Shown here piece after piece: positions 1 to 14,318 of a stretch of 64,000 nucleotides of DNA. Both the position numbers and the translations under genes were made by a program. This DNA is from Eledone cirrhosa (Eukaryota), in contig OZ024743.1 in NCBI GenBank assembly GCA_964016885.1, forward strand, positions 298,964,001 to 299,028,000, written 5' to 3'. Every line of letters begins with the position of its first letter. The stretch's first letter is position 1. Below the pieces are notes generated by a model. It had not been told where the DNA came from. It worked only from the letters and a program-made list of their open reading frames with translations, and made no database searches.

Positions 1-229
1 CACTCACATACTTACACCTTCATGCATTCTCCCACACACTTAAACAGGCATGTATATAAAAAAAAAAACCAAACCCCCCCAAACCCCAAAACAAACCCCT
101 TTTAAAGGGAGACTACTCTTTATCCACCTAATTTGAACTCTTTGACATTAGAAATAGAACAGATACTCTATACCATTTCCTGTCAGCATGACTTGGCAAA
201 CTATTTAGAACGCTGGTTTGAGATCTTTA

Positions 230-283
230 TTTCCCACTGAAGAAGAGATATTATCTCGAAAATTAAGGACATTTAAATAAATC
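230..283 (+). ncRNA. Degenerate hammerhead-like core
   Basis: CTGAAGA-A-GAGAT/ATCTC-GAAA at 237-261 followed by AATAAA; helices I and III pair poorly. Confidence 0.3.
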
Positions 284-382
284 TAAGGTAAAAGACTAAT
301 TGTCAACAATATCTTTTGCATTTGCATTCTTTATTCTATGTCCATACCTGCATTGTTTTGGCTTTATTATACATATTCAAAC

Positions 383-768
<386 letters not shown>

Positions 769-1006
769 GTTGTCTTGTTTGATCGATGGTTGATGTGACC
801 GTTAGTGTTGAGGTATGACTGAAGTCGGAAAAACGATTTCCCCAATTCATTGGTATATTTAACACATGTAAAACTCTTTTGGTTACTCACTTGAATGTTT
901 CATTGTCCGGTGTATCCCCTCCATTCGGTTTGTTAACTTTTCCTCTTTTTTTTCCCTCTTTCCTTTTTCGTATTTCTTCCTCTCTCACTATTTTTTCTTT
1001 TCTTTC

Positions 1007-1120
1007 GCTCATGGCCTTTTGATCGATAAAAGGCCTTGGGCGTACTGCTGATCGCTTTCGATGTCCTGTCTTAAGCGCCGAAACATCTATGATGAGCAGT
1101 TAACAGCTGATGAAGGGGTT
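1007..1120 (+). ncRNA. Candidate non-circularly permuted, pseudoknotted hammerhead ribozyme (copy A)
   Basis: GATGTC 1060-1065 (GUC triplet) pairs with GAAACATC 1080-1087 (helix III); CTGT 1066-1069 pairs with ACAG 1103-1106 directly before CTGATGA 1107-1113 (helix I); extra helices GGCGT/GCGCC, ACTGCT/AGCAGT and hairpin GGCCTTTT/AAAAGGCC. Confidence 0.6.
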
Positions 1121-1171
1121 CTTCTCTTGTTTCGTCCATATTACCATCTTAACCTATATATATATATATAT

Positions 1172-1230
1172 ACCCGTCTAACCCATGCTGGCGTGGAAAA
1201 TGGACGTTAAACGAAGATGATGATGATGAT
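1172..1230 (+). mobile_element. 3' end fragment of a SINE/RTE-type retroposon with (GAT)n tail
   Basis: ccatgctggcgtggaaaatggacgttaaac followed by (gat)n, directly after a (TA)n tract. Confidence 0.45.
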
Positions 1231-1539
1231 ATATAGGCCTGTGCTTTAGTATATATTTTAATATGTAGTTTATAATAAGTATCGTATGTTATAAGACAAC
1301 TGAAGAAAACAAAAGAACTATACATTACACTGATAGATAATAAGAAGTATTATCCTATTAAGCGATCCTGGTCTCCATTTTAAGTGAAAAATATATAGTG
1401 AGTAAAGGAAAGAAGAGAGAAGGAAGAGAAGAAGGAATTAAAAAGAAGGAAGAAGGAAAGAGATAGTTCGCATGAATGATCTAGTTTTTAACCTATTCAA
1501 ACTATTGATAAAGAAAATAAATATTAAAAAATGCCATCT

Positions 1540-1587
<48 letters not shown>

Positions 1588-2139
1588 CTTAAAAAATATG
1601 AATAACTCATTTTTATAGAAAATTCATTAGATTTTTCTTATCAGTTATTAATTCAATAAGGCGAAATATTACTAATAACGCTCCAAATTAGTATTAATAA
1701 AAAAAATGGCACATTAATTTAGATCGAATTTTTAATTTCATTATTGTATAGATTTGTTACAGGACATTAAAAATTGACTATTTCTGGTGAATTTCATTAC
1801 TATTATAAACAAAAAATATCGTTGTATTATTTTTTAATTAGTTTTCTATGTGTTTTAGAGATTTTCATATTTATTTGATATCTACTTATTTTCTAATTAA
1901 CACAATCTAATGTTACATGCAGGATAGATACATTTTGGTTACATTGATTTTGTCCATTGGTTATTGGTCGAGGGTTCAATTCCAGTACCTGTGGAATAGT
2001 GAGTTCTTGAGAAAGACGTTTGAGAAGGACACTTCATTCTACATTGCATTCCTTGATAAGATTGGAGATCCCTTATGTTACAACCCCATAAAAGGCCAAC
2101 TAAAACTGCATAGGTGTCTGCTGTAAATTTTATGTTTGA

Positions 2140-2260
2140 AGACACGTGGCCTAGTGTTTAGCTCTGTTGGACTCGTGATCATGATAAGTAGATTCGAATC
2201 CGGATTGGGCGATGTGTTGTGGTGTTGGGAAAACAAATGCTTCATTTCACATTGCTTGTT
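2140..2260 (+). mobile_element. tRNA-derived SINE head plus CORE-like segment
   Basis: A-box-like tggcctagtgtttag, B-box-like attcgaatcc, then tgttgtggtgttggg..cttcatttcacattgct; related copy at 21985-22110. Confidence 0.55.
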
Positions 2261-2942
2261 ATGCTACGATTGAAGATCCAAGTTGTAGGGAACTCAAGAA
2301 GATACCCATGTGATGCAACTGTAAATTTCATTTTAATAAGAAATGTTGTAAAGTTGTCTATCATTCGTAAGAGCATAATTTATTTGAAGATAGTGGTGTA
2401 GCTTTAATATGATATAACGGATAAGAGAAGACCGTATTACAAATCGTAATTAATTTCGACGGATAAACACATGATTTGTCCACATTAATTTTACAGGATT
2501 AAATACATAGTTTTACAAAGAGTGATACAACATATTTTTATTAAAATATTTGACATTGTTTATGATTTTATAGGAATTATACTTGATAGGATAAAATTGT
2601 TTATAATATAGAGCTTACGTTTATTCTTTATATCTAATTTAAGTTACTCAAATCTCAATGAAACATAATATATCGTCATTGGCAATGATTGTTTTTTTAT
2701 ATATGAAGAAAATCAATGAAGAATAGACAGATTTTGGTTTCAATGAACGTTTTGATTTTAATGTTAAATATATTAAATATAAAACAACAGTAGACTGTAC
2801 TGGTAGTGTGATGAATTACTTACATATCAGGAAAACTCCAGCATAAAAAGCTGGTGGATCAGTATAAAGAATATGATCTTACATTGTATTTGGTATTGAG
2901 TACTTTTTCTCTAGTTCGAAAATATCAATCAATCAATCAATC

Positions 2943-3008
<66 letters not shown>

Positions 3009-3009
3009 T

Positions 3010-3190
3010 TATACTTTGGGAGGGTCATGTTGCCAATAAGAAACACACGCGAATAAGAAACACATATGCCAATAAGAAACACACGCTTTCACTCCAATTT
3101 ATTATGAATTTATAATTTAATTCATAATAAATTGGAGTGAAACAACTGGTGCGTGTGTTTCTTATTGGCAACATGACCCTCCCAAAGTAT
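3010..3190. repeat. Fold-back palindrome between (TA)n tracts
   Basis: Outer arms atactttgggagggtcatgttgccaataagaaacacacgc and its reverse complement; inner hairpin tttcactccaatttattatgaatt / aattcataataaattggagtgaaa. Confidence 0.9.
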
Positions 3191-3212
3191 ATATATATAT
3201 ATATATACACAT

Positions 3213-3304
<92 letters not shown>

Positions 3305-3310
<6 letters not shown>

Positions 3311-6300
3311 AGTATATGTTGGTTGTATACCAACACCTCAGTATGCAGATTGGAGCACTCGACGAAGTGCGCAGGTTGGTTTGGTTACTCCGGAGTAATA
3401 TAAAATAAACTAAAATAAATAAGTCAAATATTTAAAATTTGGCTTCGTTTATTACTGCTATATATATTTCGGTGACAACAATATTTGGCTGTGACCTCTT
3501 CAGGCAGTTCGAATTAGTGTGGTAGAGACGAGTACACGTGTTGTTGAGGTGTTTGACTTTGTCAATACTCTGATATGCCCCGTTCCTTGTTGGGTTGTTA
3601 TTTCACTGAGGAACTGTAATCATATGAATTTCAACAAACGAATTTCGGCGTCAGAGGACATCCTCTCCTCCCATTGGTCAGTTGTGAGAACATTCCTTAG
3701 TCGAAAGTCTATAGAATTCGTCTGAGGCGAGGCAATCTGTAGTGGTTGTTCTTGTTATTGTTAAGTACATCTGATCTCTACTCTTATGTTGGTAGTGGTC
3801 TGGTGTTGTAGTCAGCTAAAAAAAATGATAAAATGATAAAAATGATAAAATGGTAAGAGAATAAAATAAGATAATAAAATAAAATAAGATAATCAAATAA
3901 AATGTTGTGTGTTATAACCAATCTCAAAGGTAGAAAAATTTGTAAGATCTACGCCTTCCATTGGTCAGCTGTGAGAGCATTCCTCAGTCAACAGACTATA
4001 GACATTCTTTCTGGGGTGAGGCTATCTTTAGTGTTTGTTTTTGCTATTGTTAAGTACATTTAGCCCTACCCTTCTTTTGCTAGTGGTGTTGGTGCTGCGG
4101 TCAGCCTAGGTCTTGCTGCTGATGATTTTAGAAGTATCTGTGTGTGGTTGCATCCATCCTGCCACCATTTCTCGTGGTGGTGGTGGTGGTTGGGGGGTGG
4201 GGGGTTGTGTCATGCATATGAATAAATAAAAGGCAATAAAATGAAGAAAATAGAAAATAAATGAAAAGTAAGAAAATAAAGATTCAAATGAATTAAAATA
4301 AAATGTGTGTGTGTTATAACCAATCTCAAAGTTATAAAGATGTGCTGCGGTCAGCCTAGGTCTTGCTGGTGCTGATTTTAGAAGTATCTGTGTGTGGTTG
4401 CATCCATCGTGCCACCATTTATCGTGGTGGTGGTGGTGGGGTGGGGGTGGGGTATAAAGATGTTGGCCAAATTAGAAAGGCTGTGTCAAAATCAATCTCT
4501 AGGCTATCATGGTGTCTGCTCAGCCTGGATGGGTCCCTATGGCTTGAGGGGGAGTTCCCATCCTATGATGTTGTTACTGCCCATATAGCTTGAGGGAGGT
4601 CCGGCCAAGAGGTGTCTACATGTTCTGGAGAAGTCCCTATAGCTTGAGGGGAGTTCACATCTCAGTGTGTTGTTACTGTCCATATAGCTTGAGGAAGGTC
4701 CCGGCCCTGAGGTGTCTACATGTCCCGAAGAAGTCAGTTCTGAGGTTTATCAGGCGGCTTCCACCTCTTAGTATCTCGAGCGTCTCGCTCAGACATAGTT
4801 TGCATATGCCAGATCCCCCTTTATCGGATGGTACTTTCATGATTATGGACCAGGCCAGAGAGTACGGGATCCTGTCCAGCTTAAGCTTCCAGATCAGGTC
4901 GGAAAGAGCCATACTTTTCCTTTTGACCTCCTTATTTAAGGAATGGCGATGATTAAACCAACGGTCTTTAAAGCACGTTGATGTGGCTCCTATGTAGATG
5001 TGTTCTTCCTAAGGTATTCATTACTAAGGGGGCATGATTCGGGGTTTCTGCAGTTGCAGAGGGTGGTCGACTTCTGCGTGCCTAGTGTGAGGTTCCCGTT
5101 ACGTGTTACATGGTGTCTTCCCCCGGGCCCGGTGGGGGGTCCCCGGGTCTGTTTGAGTTTCTTTGGTGGGCACTGGGTCCACCCTTCTCTCCTTCCACAT
5201 GGTTCTGCCGGGTGCTTATATTGCCATCTTCTGGTTGCGTGTGGTTTTTAAGCCTACTCCTGTTGATGCTAGCTATGTGTTGGGCCAGATTTCTCGCGGT
5301 GGAATACGAGAGCTTCACAGTGTGTCTGTTGAAGATCTTGTGGTATTTATGGTCCCTCGGGAAGCATTTATCAAGTGCTTCAAAGAATGATCGGGCCAAG
5401 TTGTTCTTTAGGGCCGCTGAGTAGGGTGGGTTGTACCACGTAATTTTTCTGCGTCTACTCATATATGGGTGGGTTGAGGGCGTCGTGAGTTGTTGGAGAG
5501 TTGCTGGGTTGCTGGTGGTTCCTGCATTGTTGCTTCCCCTTTGGGCGCTATGGGTGTTGCTATCTTCTCGGCCCGAATATGTGGGGTGGTTGTTGCCCGC
5601 GCTGGGAGATCCACGGTGGGGTGGTCCTCTGTTACCCCTCCTCTTGTCCTGCGGTTGGGGTCGTCGGACCCGGGGTGGTTAGTATCACCCCTGAGACTGC
5701 TACTCGTATTGGGTTTCAAACCATGGTTAAGCGTACTCGTCACCATCGCCCGTGTGGTGGTTGTCGGGCTCATGGTGCTTATTTGTTTCTGTTCTGCCTG
5801 TATTGTTAGGGTTCGCCCCTTCCCAGACAACGCGGGTGGGGGTGTCCGTAGGGCCATCCCCATCCCGGCGCCTCGGATTATATGTTATATTTTGGCCATG
5901 TGCTGCCTTATTTAGAGCAGTGTTGTCATATTCCGCGTTGCTATCGAAGATTTCCTTATTTGCGGACAGGCTGGAGATCCTGTCGGAGACACTCTTCACC
6001 ACGGCCTTGGTTATGGATCTAGGGTGGTTTGATTTGGTGTTAATATACACAAGAATCTCGTTGGGCTTCTGGTAGGAGTAGTATTGCTCGGTGTTCAGGT
6101 TTAGGGTGCTGTCTAGGAAGCTAACTACCTTTCTATTTGGGTCTAGTTCGATACTGAGCCCCTGGTTCTTAAAGAAATGGCGAATACACCTCTTCATTTT
6201 CTCCCTCATAATGGTGCTGTGGTCATATACTGTGAAGAGAGCAATATAATCCGCCGCCCAGGCAGGGGATTTCATCTTGATTTACCCTGGATGAGATCAA

Positions 6301-6510
6301 CGCCACAGCTTACAGGATTATATCTGGATTATATCTGGACTCGGCATAGAGGACAGGACGGCCCCATAACAATCAAGGAAGACGCGGATTACCCTTAAAG
6401 CCCACAAGCCAAACTTTGAGTCCGACCTCCCTGTTAGACTAATAGCCCCTCCAGATCTGACCTAGGGATCGTCAGTAACAGAATACTAGATAGGATTAAG
6501 TTTCTAAGGT
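3305..6510 (-). mobile_element. Penelope-like retroelement, 5'-truncated and frameshifted (partial RT, linker, GIY-YIG endonuclease, long 3' region with internal duplications and an HHR)
   Basis: ORF 5727-6275 FLDSTLNL..YQKPNE..YINTKSNHP (PLE RT C-terminus); ORF 5106-5462 RRRKITWYNPPYS..KIFNRHTVKLSYS; YIGATST..FKDRWFNH near 4950-5000; ORF 4673-4912 CKLCLSE..LINLR..CRH. Confidence 0.88.
3454..3508 (-). ncRNA. Minimal type I hammerhead ribozyme in PLE 3' region
   Basis: Minus strand: ACTGC-CTGAAGA-GGT..ACC-GAAA-TATATA-TA^GCAGT; perfect 5-bp helix I, extended helix II, palindromic helix III, followed by AATAAA. Confidence 0.88.
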
Positions 6511-6878
6511 AGTTCCGTAGAGGGTGTGAAGAGTGCCGAATATTTTCCGGATAGTTGGAACGATGGTCGGTGGTGTGTAATCCGTTAGTTGTGGTGGTCG
6601 GAAGAGGGGAGATGTGGGATGCGCGCGCAACAGGAAGTAGTCAGAGGGTCAAGGCAGGTTGATGGTAGAGGGGAATGACAGGTGGAGAGGACTGTGTATT
6701 TGTGTGTGCGGAGAAGTGGTCAAAGGTTCAAGGCAGTAGAATGCATAACAGCAGTAGAGGAGAATGGCAGGTGGAGAAAGTCAGTGTGTCTGTGTGTGCG
6801 GATATGCAGTGGACAGGGGAGAGGATGGGTAGGTGTAATAGGTGGGATGGGGGGTGTATTAGTAGAGGCGTTAGTGGG

Positions 6879-6921
<43 letters not shown>

Positions 6922-8530
6922 GGGGTGTGGGGGAGGGGGAGAGGGAGATCAACGGTGTGGGGAGTGGAGGGAGTGTAGTGTACTGGTGTGTGTGCGTGTT
7001 TGGATGAGTGTGTGTGTGGTGAAGGGGTGTTAGTATACTGGTGGTGGGGAAAGAGTTGAATGCGGGTGTGTTAGTGGGGGTCAGTGGTGGTAGGGTGTGT
7101 AGAGTGCGTTGTGTAAGTGGGTGTGGGTGGGTGTGTGTTGGTGGGGTCAGGGGATGTTAGTGGTATTAGTTGTGGGGTGGTTGGAGTGGATGTGTGGGTG
7201 AGGGTTAGTGGTGGTAGTAGGGTGTATGGATAGTGTGTGTATATATGTACAGCTGGGTATGTGCGTGATAGGCGGAGGGTGGGGATGTTAGTATTGTTAG
7301 TTGGGGGAGGGTGGCCGGGTGGGTGGAGGTGGGCGGTGAAAAGGAGGAGTGTGTTAGTGGTGTTAGTGGGGGATATGTGTGTGTTGGGGGGGGGGGGGGC
7401 AGGGCGGTCGAATGCTAAAAGAATATGGGTGGGGAGTTAAGGCCGGGTAGGAGTGTGGGTCTGTAGGGTGAAGATGGTGCATTGTTCGACCGTGAGGCTG
7501 GTGGCTGGTGTTCCGTGGCATTGGAGTAGGCCACAGACTGTGACGTGGTGAGCGGAATGTCCAGGAGAGCCAAAGTGGCGGGTGATGGGGGAACTCCTGC
7601 CGAGACGAATATCCCGGAGGTGTTCAGTGAAACGGTCCGCCAGGCGACGTCCAGTCTGTCCGACGTATGTTGCGCTGCACTCCATGCATCGAAGACGATA
7701 GACTAGGTTCGAGGAGGTGCAGCTGAAGGCGTGCCGGACAGAGAGAGAGTGGCCGTTGGGACCCTGATAGGTGGTGGTGTTGGTGATGTGGGGGAAGGTT
7801 TTGCAACGAGGCCTGGAACAGGGAAGGGAACCGGGGGGGCGTGGGGGGTGTAGGGAGCTGTGGACGAGGAGGGTGCGGAGATTGCGTGCGCGTTTGAAGG
7901 AGGGGAGGGTGGGGATGGGAAGATGTGGGAGGTGGAGGCGTCGCACTGGAAGCGGAGGAAGAGGCGGAGGATGGTGGGGTGGAGGATTAGGGGGTTGGGG
8001 TTGGTGATGGGGAAGGGGAGACGGTGAGGGGTGTGGGTGGGGGGTAGGGGATGAGGTTGGTGGAGCGGTGGACAGCACGAGAGCGAGTGAGTGAGGGCGA
8101 TGTGGACGAGGGGGGGGGGGGTAAACCTCTGCGGATGAAAAGGCTGACTAGGGAAAGGGCCTGGGACTCAAAGTCAGCATCTCGGCTGCAGAGGCGGCGG
8201 ATCCTGAGGAGTTGGGAGTAGGGAATAGAGTGTTTAATGTGGGTAGGGTGGGAGGAGGTGACGTCGAGGTAGGAGTGGGAGTCGGTGAGTTTGAAGAAGG
8301 CGGAGGTAACGAGGGAATGGTGGGAGGGGTCGATGGCGACGTAGATGTCTAAGAAGTGGACGTGGGTGGTGGAGATAGAGGTGGGGAAGTGGAGGGAGGG
8401 GTGGAAGGAGCAGAAGAAGGAGAGAAAGGAGTCGAGTTCTTCTCGGGTGAGGGTCGTGGCTCCGATACAGTCGTCGATGTAACGACCGTACAGTTCGGGC
8501 GTGGGGCCGGTGTACCGGGCAAAGATTTGA
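6510..8530 (-). mobile_element. Second Penelope-like retroelement fragment (Neptune-like), frameshifted
   Basis: ORF 7987-8640 LYGRYIDDCIG RT motif, HFLDI, SSHPTHIKHSIPYSQLLRIRRLCS; ORF 7437-8078 CSRPRCKT, FSCTSSNLVYRLRC..C..YVGQTGRRLADRFTEH (GIY-YIG); C/A-rich 3' region. Confidence 0.9.
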
Positions 8531-8899
8531 GCTATAAATATATATATATATATAAATGTGTGTGTGTATATACATGAATATATTGATATAAGCATCCAAA
8601 CACACATAGATACATTTATATATATATCCGATGTATGCATATATAGTTACGTACATACACACACAACATCCCTATACTAATAAACTGTATTCAGTAAAAA
8701 GTGAAAGAATTTCGATAAAATGTGCCTGCAGCTTAATTCCTCTTACGTCTATAAATGTCAAATATTAAATTAAATTTAAATTTATATTGTAGTGTACTAA
8801 TCAAATATAGAGCAGCACTTGTAATAAATTGATTTATGTTGTTTTGCGGTGTGTCCTACGTAATTTCGGCATGAGACTTGACGGTGTATTAATTGGGAC

Positions 8900-10330
8900 C
8901 GAATTTTGGTAGAAATGGCTAGTTTTGTAGATAGGTAATATGGTATAGTATTTCACTTCGACATGCTGTAATGAATACAAAACAGCAACTGTTATATTGG
9001 CCGTACAAGTACGATATTTTTCCCGTAGGCTCATCACGTAATTACAAAAAGGAATAGTTACAAGGCCTTACAACACAAACAAAACACAATTTTAGTTGCA
9101 ACACTACTACACTCTGAGGAATTCCTTATAGAAATAGACAACTAATTGTGGAAGCAATACTCAAAAAAGCACAATGCTTAAATGAACACGGAGGCACTAG
9201 GCAATCTTCCAAGTGTTGTGTTAGCGTTTGCCATCCTTCTATATAGCCCACTTAGAATACATACGGCATTATACTCTCAAGATATGCAAAGTTTTGTAGA
9301 ATTTCCAGATAATGTCGTCACCAAATCTTGTCAGGAGGGCTTAATACCATAAAACTGGAAACATGCTGATATCATCATAAATTTCAAGCAATATCCAACA
9401 CAGCACTATTCGAAAATAAACAGAGTCAGTATGAACTAATCATAATAAAAAGAAATACCTGAGAGATGATGTATAAATCTCCAGTGAAAATTAAAATTCT
9501 GCTATTAATCTCTACCAATCCCCTTGGCCCTGCCTACAATGAATATGCAGTAACACACGCCAGCATATTTCATTCTGAAGAGAACACTAGGAAGGTCAAG
9601 AAATATTGATGATTGATTTACAGCCCTGTACATATATATGTTATAGGCGGGAAATTGGCAAAGTTGATAGAATGCTTTGCGGTGTTCCTTCCAGCTCTCG
9701 ACTGTCTGAGTTCAAATTCTACATGTTGTGCTTGTCTTTGTAGCTCATTGTAAATGCATTCAGTTTCGTTCCGTTAAAATAACTAAAGTCTTGTACGACT
9801 TTCACATCAATACCCAAGTATCCCAAGCAGGCTTAATACCACAAAACTGCAAACACGATGACATCATTAAAATGTTCAAGAAAGAGGGAGAGTAGAACAG
9901 ACTGGTGAAATTGTATAAAAATGTCACGTTTATCAATAATAAATATATTATTCGCCAACAAATATTACAAGTGATTTAAAATTCCAATCAAACACGAGAC
10001 ATAGGTTTTTACGTCTGAAAAATTACAGGAATATATAGCACGGGATGAGTACCTGAACGTTATATTTGTTAACTTTCCAGAAACATTCTGTACTGGTGAC
10101 AGTTGAAGTAATATCGTTGTTTTGAGAAATTCACATGCATGGGGAAAATACTAGACATTACAAGGGTCAACAATGCAGGAGACGCATTGGACACTTTCGA
10201 TGTGAATACATTAACCAAGGACGTATTTTGGCACTTACGATATTCTCTGCGTTTCTCGCAGTAATGTTCGAAGGGGACTCACGTGGTGTGCACGACGGAG
10301 TTTATATATTAGTCGTCATTATTCCGATCA
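8900..10330 (+). pseudogene. Highly decayed RTE-like LINE reverse transcriptase remnant
   Basis: GLIP*NWKHADII at about 9335-9380 (duplicated at about 9830-9875); QGRILALTIFSAFL in ORF 10135-10395 resembles QGCILAPTLF. Confidence 0.5.
9645..9720 (+). mobile_element. tRNA-derived SINE head fragment
   Basis: ggcgggaaattggcaaagttg..ctgagttcaaattc; same family as 11850-12035. Confidence 0.55.
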
Positions 10331-10476
10331 CTTCACCGCCGCTCACACTTGAACACAAACCAGATCCTTATAAGAAAATCACTATATGTAGCTAATCGTG
10401 TGGTGGAGGTTTTCTATGCTGCGTATAATTTGTTCTCAAAATAGATACTTAAGAAACAGAAGTAGTATTTCACCCC

Positions 10477-10562
<86 letters not shown>

Positions 10563-10593
10563 ATATATATGTTTATGTATAATATATAGAGGG

Positions 10594-10663
<70 letters not shown>

Positions 10664-10800
10664 CTAAGTGTATGTTTGGAATATTCAATTTAATTTAAAA
10701 TGGGTGCTTAAAGAATATATTTCAACTCAAAGCATATGGATTTGATTGTATCCCTTCTATAAAAAGAAATTATTGTTACTACATTTCAAATACACGAGAC

Positions 10801-10839
<39 letters not shown>

Positions 10840-10906
10840 TACATACGCTCTAGACACACTGACACCCCCACTTAAGTCTCATACAAAGATGCATTCTCCC
10901 TCTCTG

Positions 10907-11002
<96 letters not shown>

Positions 11003-11849
11003 TTCTTCTGAATCTATTTTATGCAAGAATATTTTTATTTCAATAAATGTGTCTAGACATTATGGCTGATACTTATCTATACGTGTAAAAAATTGTAATA
11101 AAAGGAAATGATAAAAGAAAGTTTCTAAATCTGTTTAAAATGTGTCTGTCATTTTCGTTTCTTTTTTAAAATATATCTGAAGAGGAAATTTAGATTTTTC
11201 CTCATGAAATATACTCAAATGATTTCATGCAAATGAAATGTATTTGGGGAAGTTTTTCTGCTATGATTTACTTTGAAAAAGCGATATTAAATATACTTAT
11301 CATTATGTGTTCTGTCAGAAAAATATTTCTTGCTAAGGCAAATTATCAGCAAATGTGTTTGGATATGATGGCTGACATTTCTAACTTAATTCGAAACAAA
11401 TGAGTACATAACAATATTATACATAAACACTTTTAGTTCTAACCGAACATATAGTACGAACATAACCTTGTTGTAAAGAAGACTTTCGTGTTATTGATGA
11501 TGTTTCCTCCATCGGTTTCGACGGTGTGTTTTAGTTGTTCGGTCAACTGAAGGTTATGCTTGTGAAATTAATGACATGTACACATAACAAAATACTCAGG
11601 CAGAATCAGCGTGACCTAACACATGAAAAGGTTTGATATTCAATTACAGATGCAAATCATTCGATGGACCTTCACACACACACATGCACACACACGCACA
11701 CACACATACACAAACCACAAACACACACACACCCATATTTATTAAAATAACAGATTAAAGTTTAATCAAAGAATCGCTGCTTACACCCTTATATGTATCT
11801 GCCTCCACAAACCTGCATTATTATTTGTTGCAAAATGTACATACAAAAT

Positions 11850-12035
11850 AATTGTTTCTACTTTTGGCACAAGGCCAGCAATTCACCAGTACATTACTGG
11901 TACTTTATTTTATCGACCTCGTAAGGATGAAAGGCAAAGTTAACCTCGGCGGGATTTGAACTCAGATCGTAAAGGGACGTAACTATGCTGGAAAGCATGT
12001 CTAACCCTCTACCGATACTGCCAATTCACTGCCCT
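11850..12035 (-). mobile_element. tRNA-derived SINE, near-complete copy of the dominant family
   Basis: Minus strand: ggcagtgaattggc..ctgagttcaaatcccgccgaggttaactttgcctttcatcc..gtcgataaaataaagtaccag..ggccttgtgccaaaagtagaaac; more than 10 related copies in the window. Confidence 0.85.
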
Positions 12036-13059
12036 TGTACATACAAAATAATAAAGAATAAATGTAAAAACAAGATTATAAAGTCCTAGTCGATACACCA
12101 GACAATCTGCGGTGAAGAAGACATCAATGGATCTCTGTTTCTTACCTGCAGTAACAATCAACAATCACCCAACAATCTTTCTAAGTTCAACCAGTAATTA
12201 CCACTGGCTTGCAGTTATATTGAATATTCAAGCTTTTACACCTCCAGTATAATACTAACTCAACTGCTAACATTTCTACAAGCTTACTATTATTCCGAAT
12301 CCACTCATGATTCGCTTGAATAAAACGTCTTTCGTATGATCAGACTTCTCGTTATTTATTTCCAACGTGAACAGCTCACAGCAAAAGATATATGACTATG
12401 TAATATAAACGATTCCATGGAAATTTCTAGGGATATATAAGTTAAAATCAAAGCTAAGACGAACACTAAAACATTAAACTGATGTCTCCTATCGTAAGAA
12501 ATATAATTATATGCAACGTTTGAGATAATGCATATCAATGAGAGCAATAAATATGTGCAAATATAAAAAAAATATCTCTATCTGCGCTATTTTAGAAGGA
12601 AGTAAAAGAAAACATTAAAAACATATTTCCTATATCACAGCCATAGGTTTGTTTGAAACATGGATGTTTGTTCCTTCACCAGAATTAATTTTTATCTCAA
12701 TAATATATCCCAAAGGATATCTCTTTAGATTCTTAAGAAGGAAAACTAGTAAGTATCACACACCTATACCCAGTGGAATGGTGTTAACTGAGATTAGAAA
12801 TGATGAATATTATACACATACACAGAGATGCACACACCACTATACACGTACACAAACACACACACACACGCGCGCTCACACACACACACACACGCACACA
12901 CACACAGATATGTAAACAATTACATTCTAGGAGTTATTTTAAACATTTTCAGAACACATAAATCTGTTATAGTCACTTTGTTTGTTTCTTAACTAGCAGA
13001 AGTACCCGACATTGCTCGGATAAGAGATGCCTCAGGTAATGGCCAATTTCTTGGAAAAT

Positions 13060-13372
13060 ATGGGCTTCTGCTTTGAGCTCAGAATATAAAGAGGCATGAC
13101 TATATGCCGCAAAGCATGTGGTCCGACTTTCTGCCGATACTGCAAAGCATGTGGTCCGACTTTCTGCCGATACTGCAAATCCACCAATTTATTGGAAATT
13201 AATTGTTTCTACTTTTGGCACAAGGCCAGCAACTACTCAGTACATTACTGGTATCGACCTCGTAAGGAGGAAAGGCAAAGTTAACCTCGGCGGGATTTGA
13301 ACTCAGATCGTAAAGGGACATAACTATGCTGGAAAGCATGTCCGACCCTCTGCCGATACTGCCAATTCACCG
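13060..13372 (-). mobile_element. Two adjacent copies of the same SINE family, with a 33-bp tandem duplication
   Basis: Same motifs as 11850-12035; gcaaagcatgtggtccgactttctgccgatact occurs twice. Confidence 0.8.
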
Positions 13373-13484
13373 GTGGAAATTAATGATTGCAAATCAGCAT
13401 AAATATATTACTTGAAACACGTTTATATATTCAGTGTATTCATATGTGTGTGTATGGGCATGAGAGTGTGTATATAAATGAGTT

Positions 13485-14225
<741 letters not shown>

Positions 14226-14256
14226 ATATATCATAACTCGTGTGTTACACCTCCAT

Positions 14257-14318
<62 letters not shown>

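Noticed and set aside
1086-1113. C/D box snoRNA reading of ATGATGA..CTGA
   Set aside because: Boxes are too close for a guide RNA, and the HHR-type pairings explain the conserved bases better.
4540-4720. atagcttgagg repeats spaced about 45-55 bp apart, superficially CRISPR-like
   Set aside because: Spacers resemble each other, context is eukaryotic and there are no cas genes; a degenerate tandem repeat in the PLE 3' region.
6520-6600. Possible HHR at the 3' end of the second PLE (GGAT..ATCC-g-GAAA-ATAT-TC, minus strand)
   Set aside because: No CUGANGA and no convincing helix I.
11178-11210. CTGAAGA followed by a hairpin and GAAA
   Set aside because: Four unpaired bases before GAAA and no helix I or III; probably chance.
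11950-12035. tRNA gene reading of A/B-box sequences
   Set aside because: No cloverleaf; these are SINE heads attached to SINE bodies.
12140-12500. Minus-strand segment with acceptor- and donor-like ends and a hydrophobic ORF
   Set aside because: No open frame reaches the donor; cannot be supported without transcript data.
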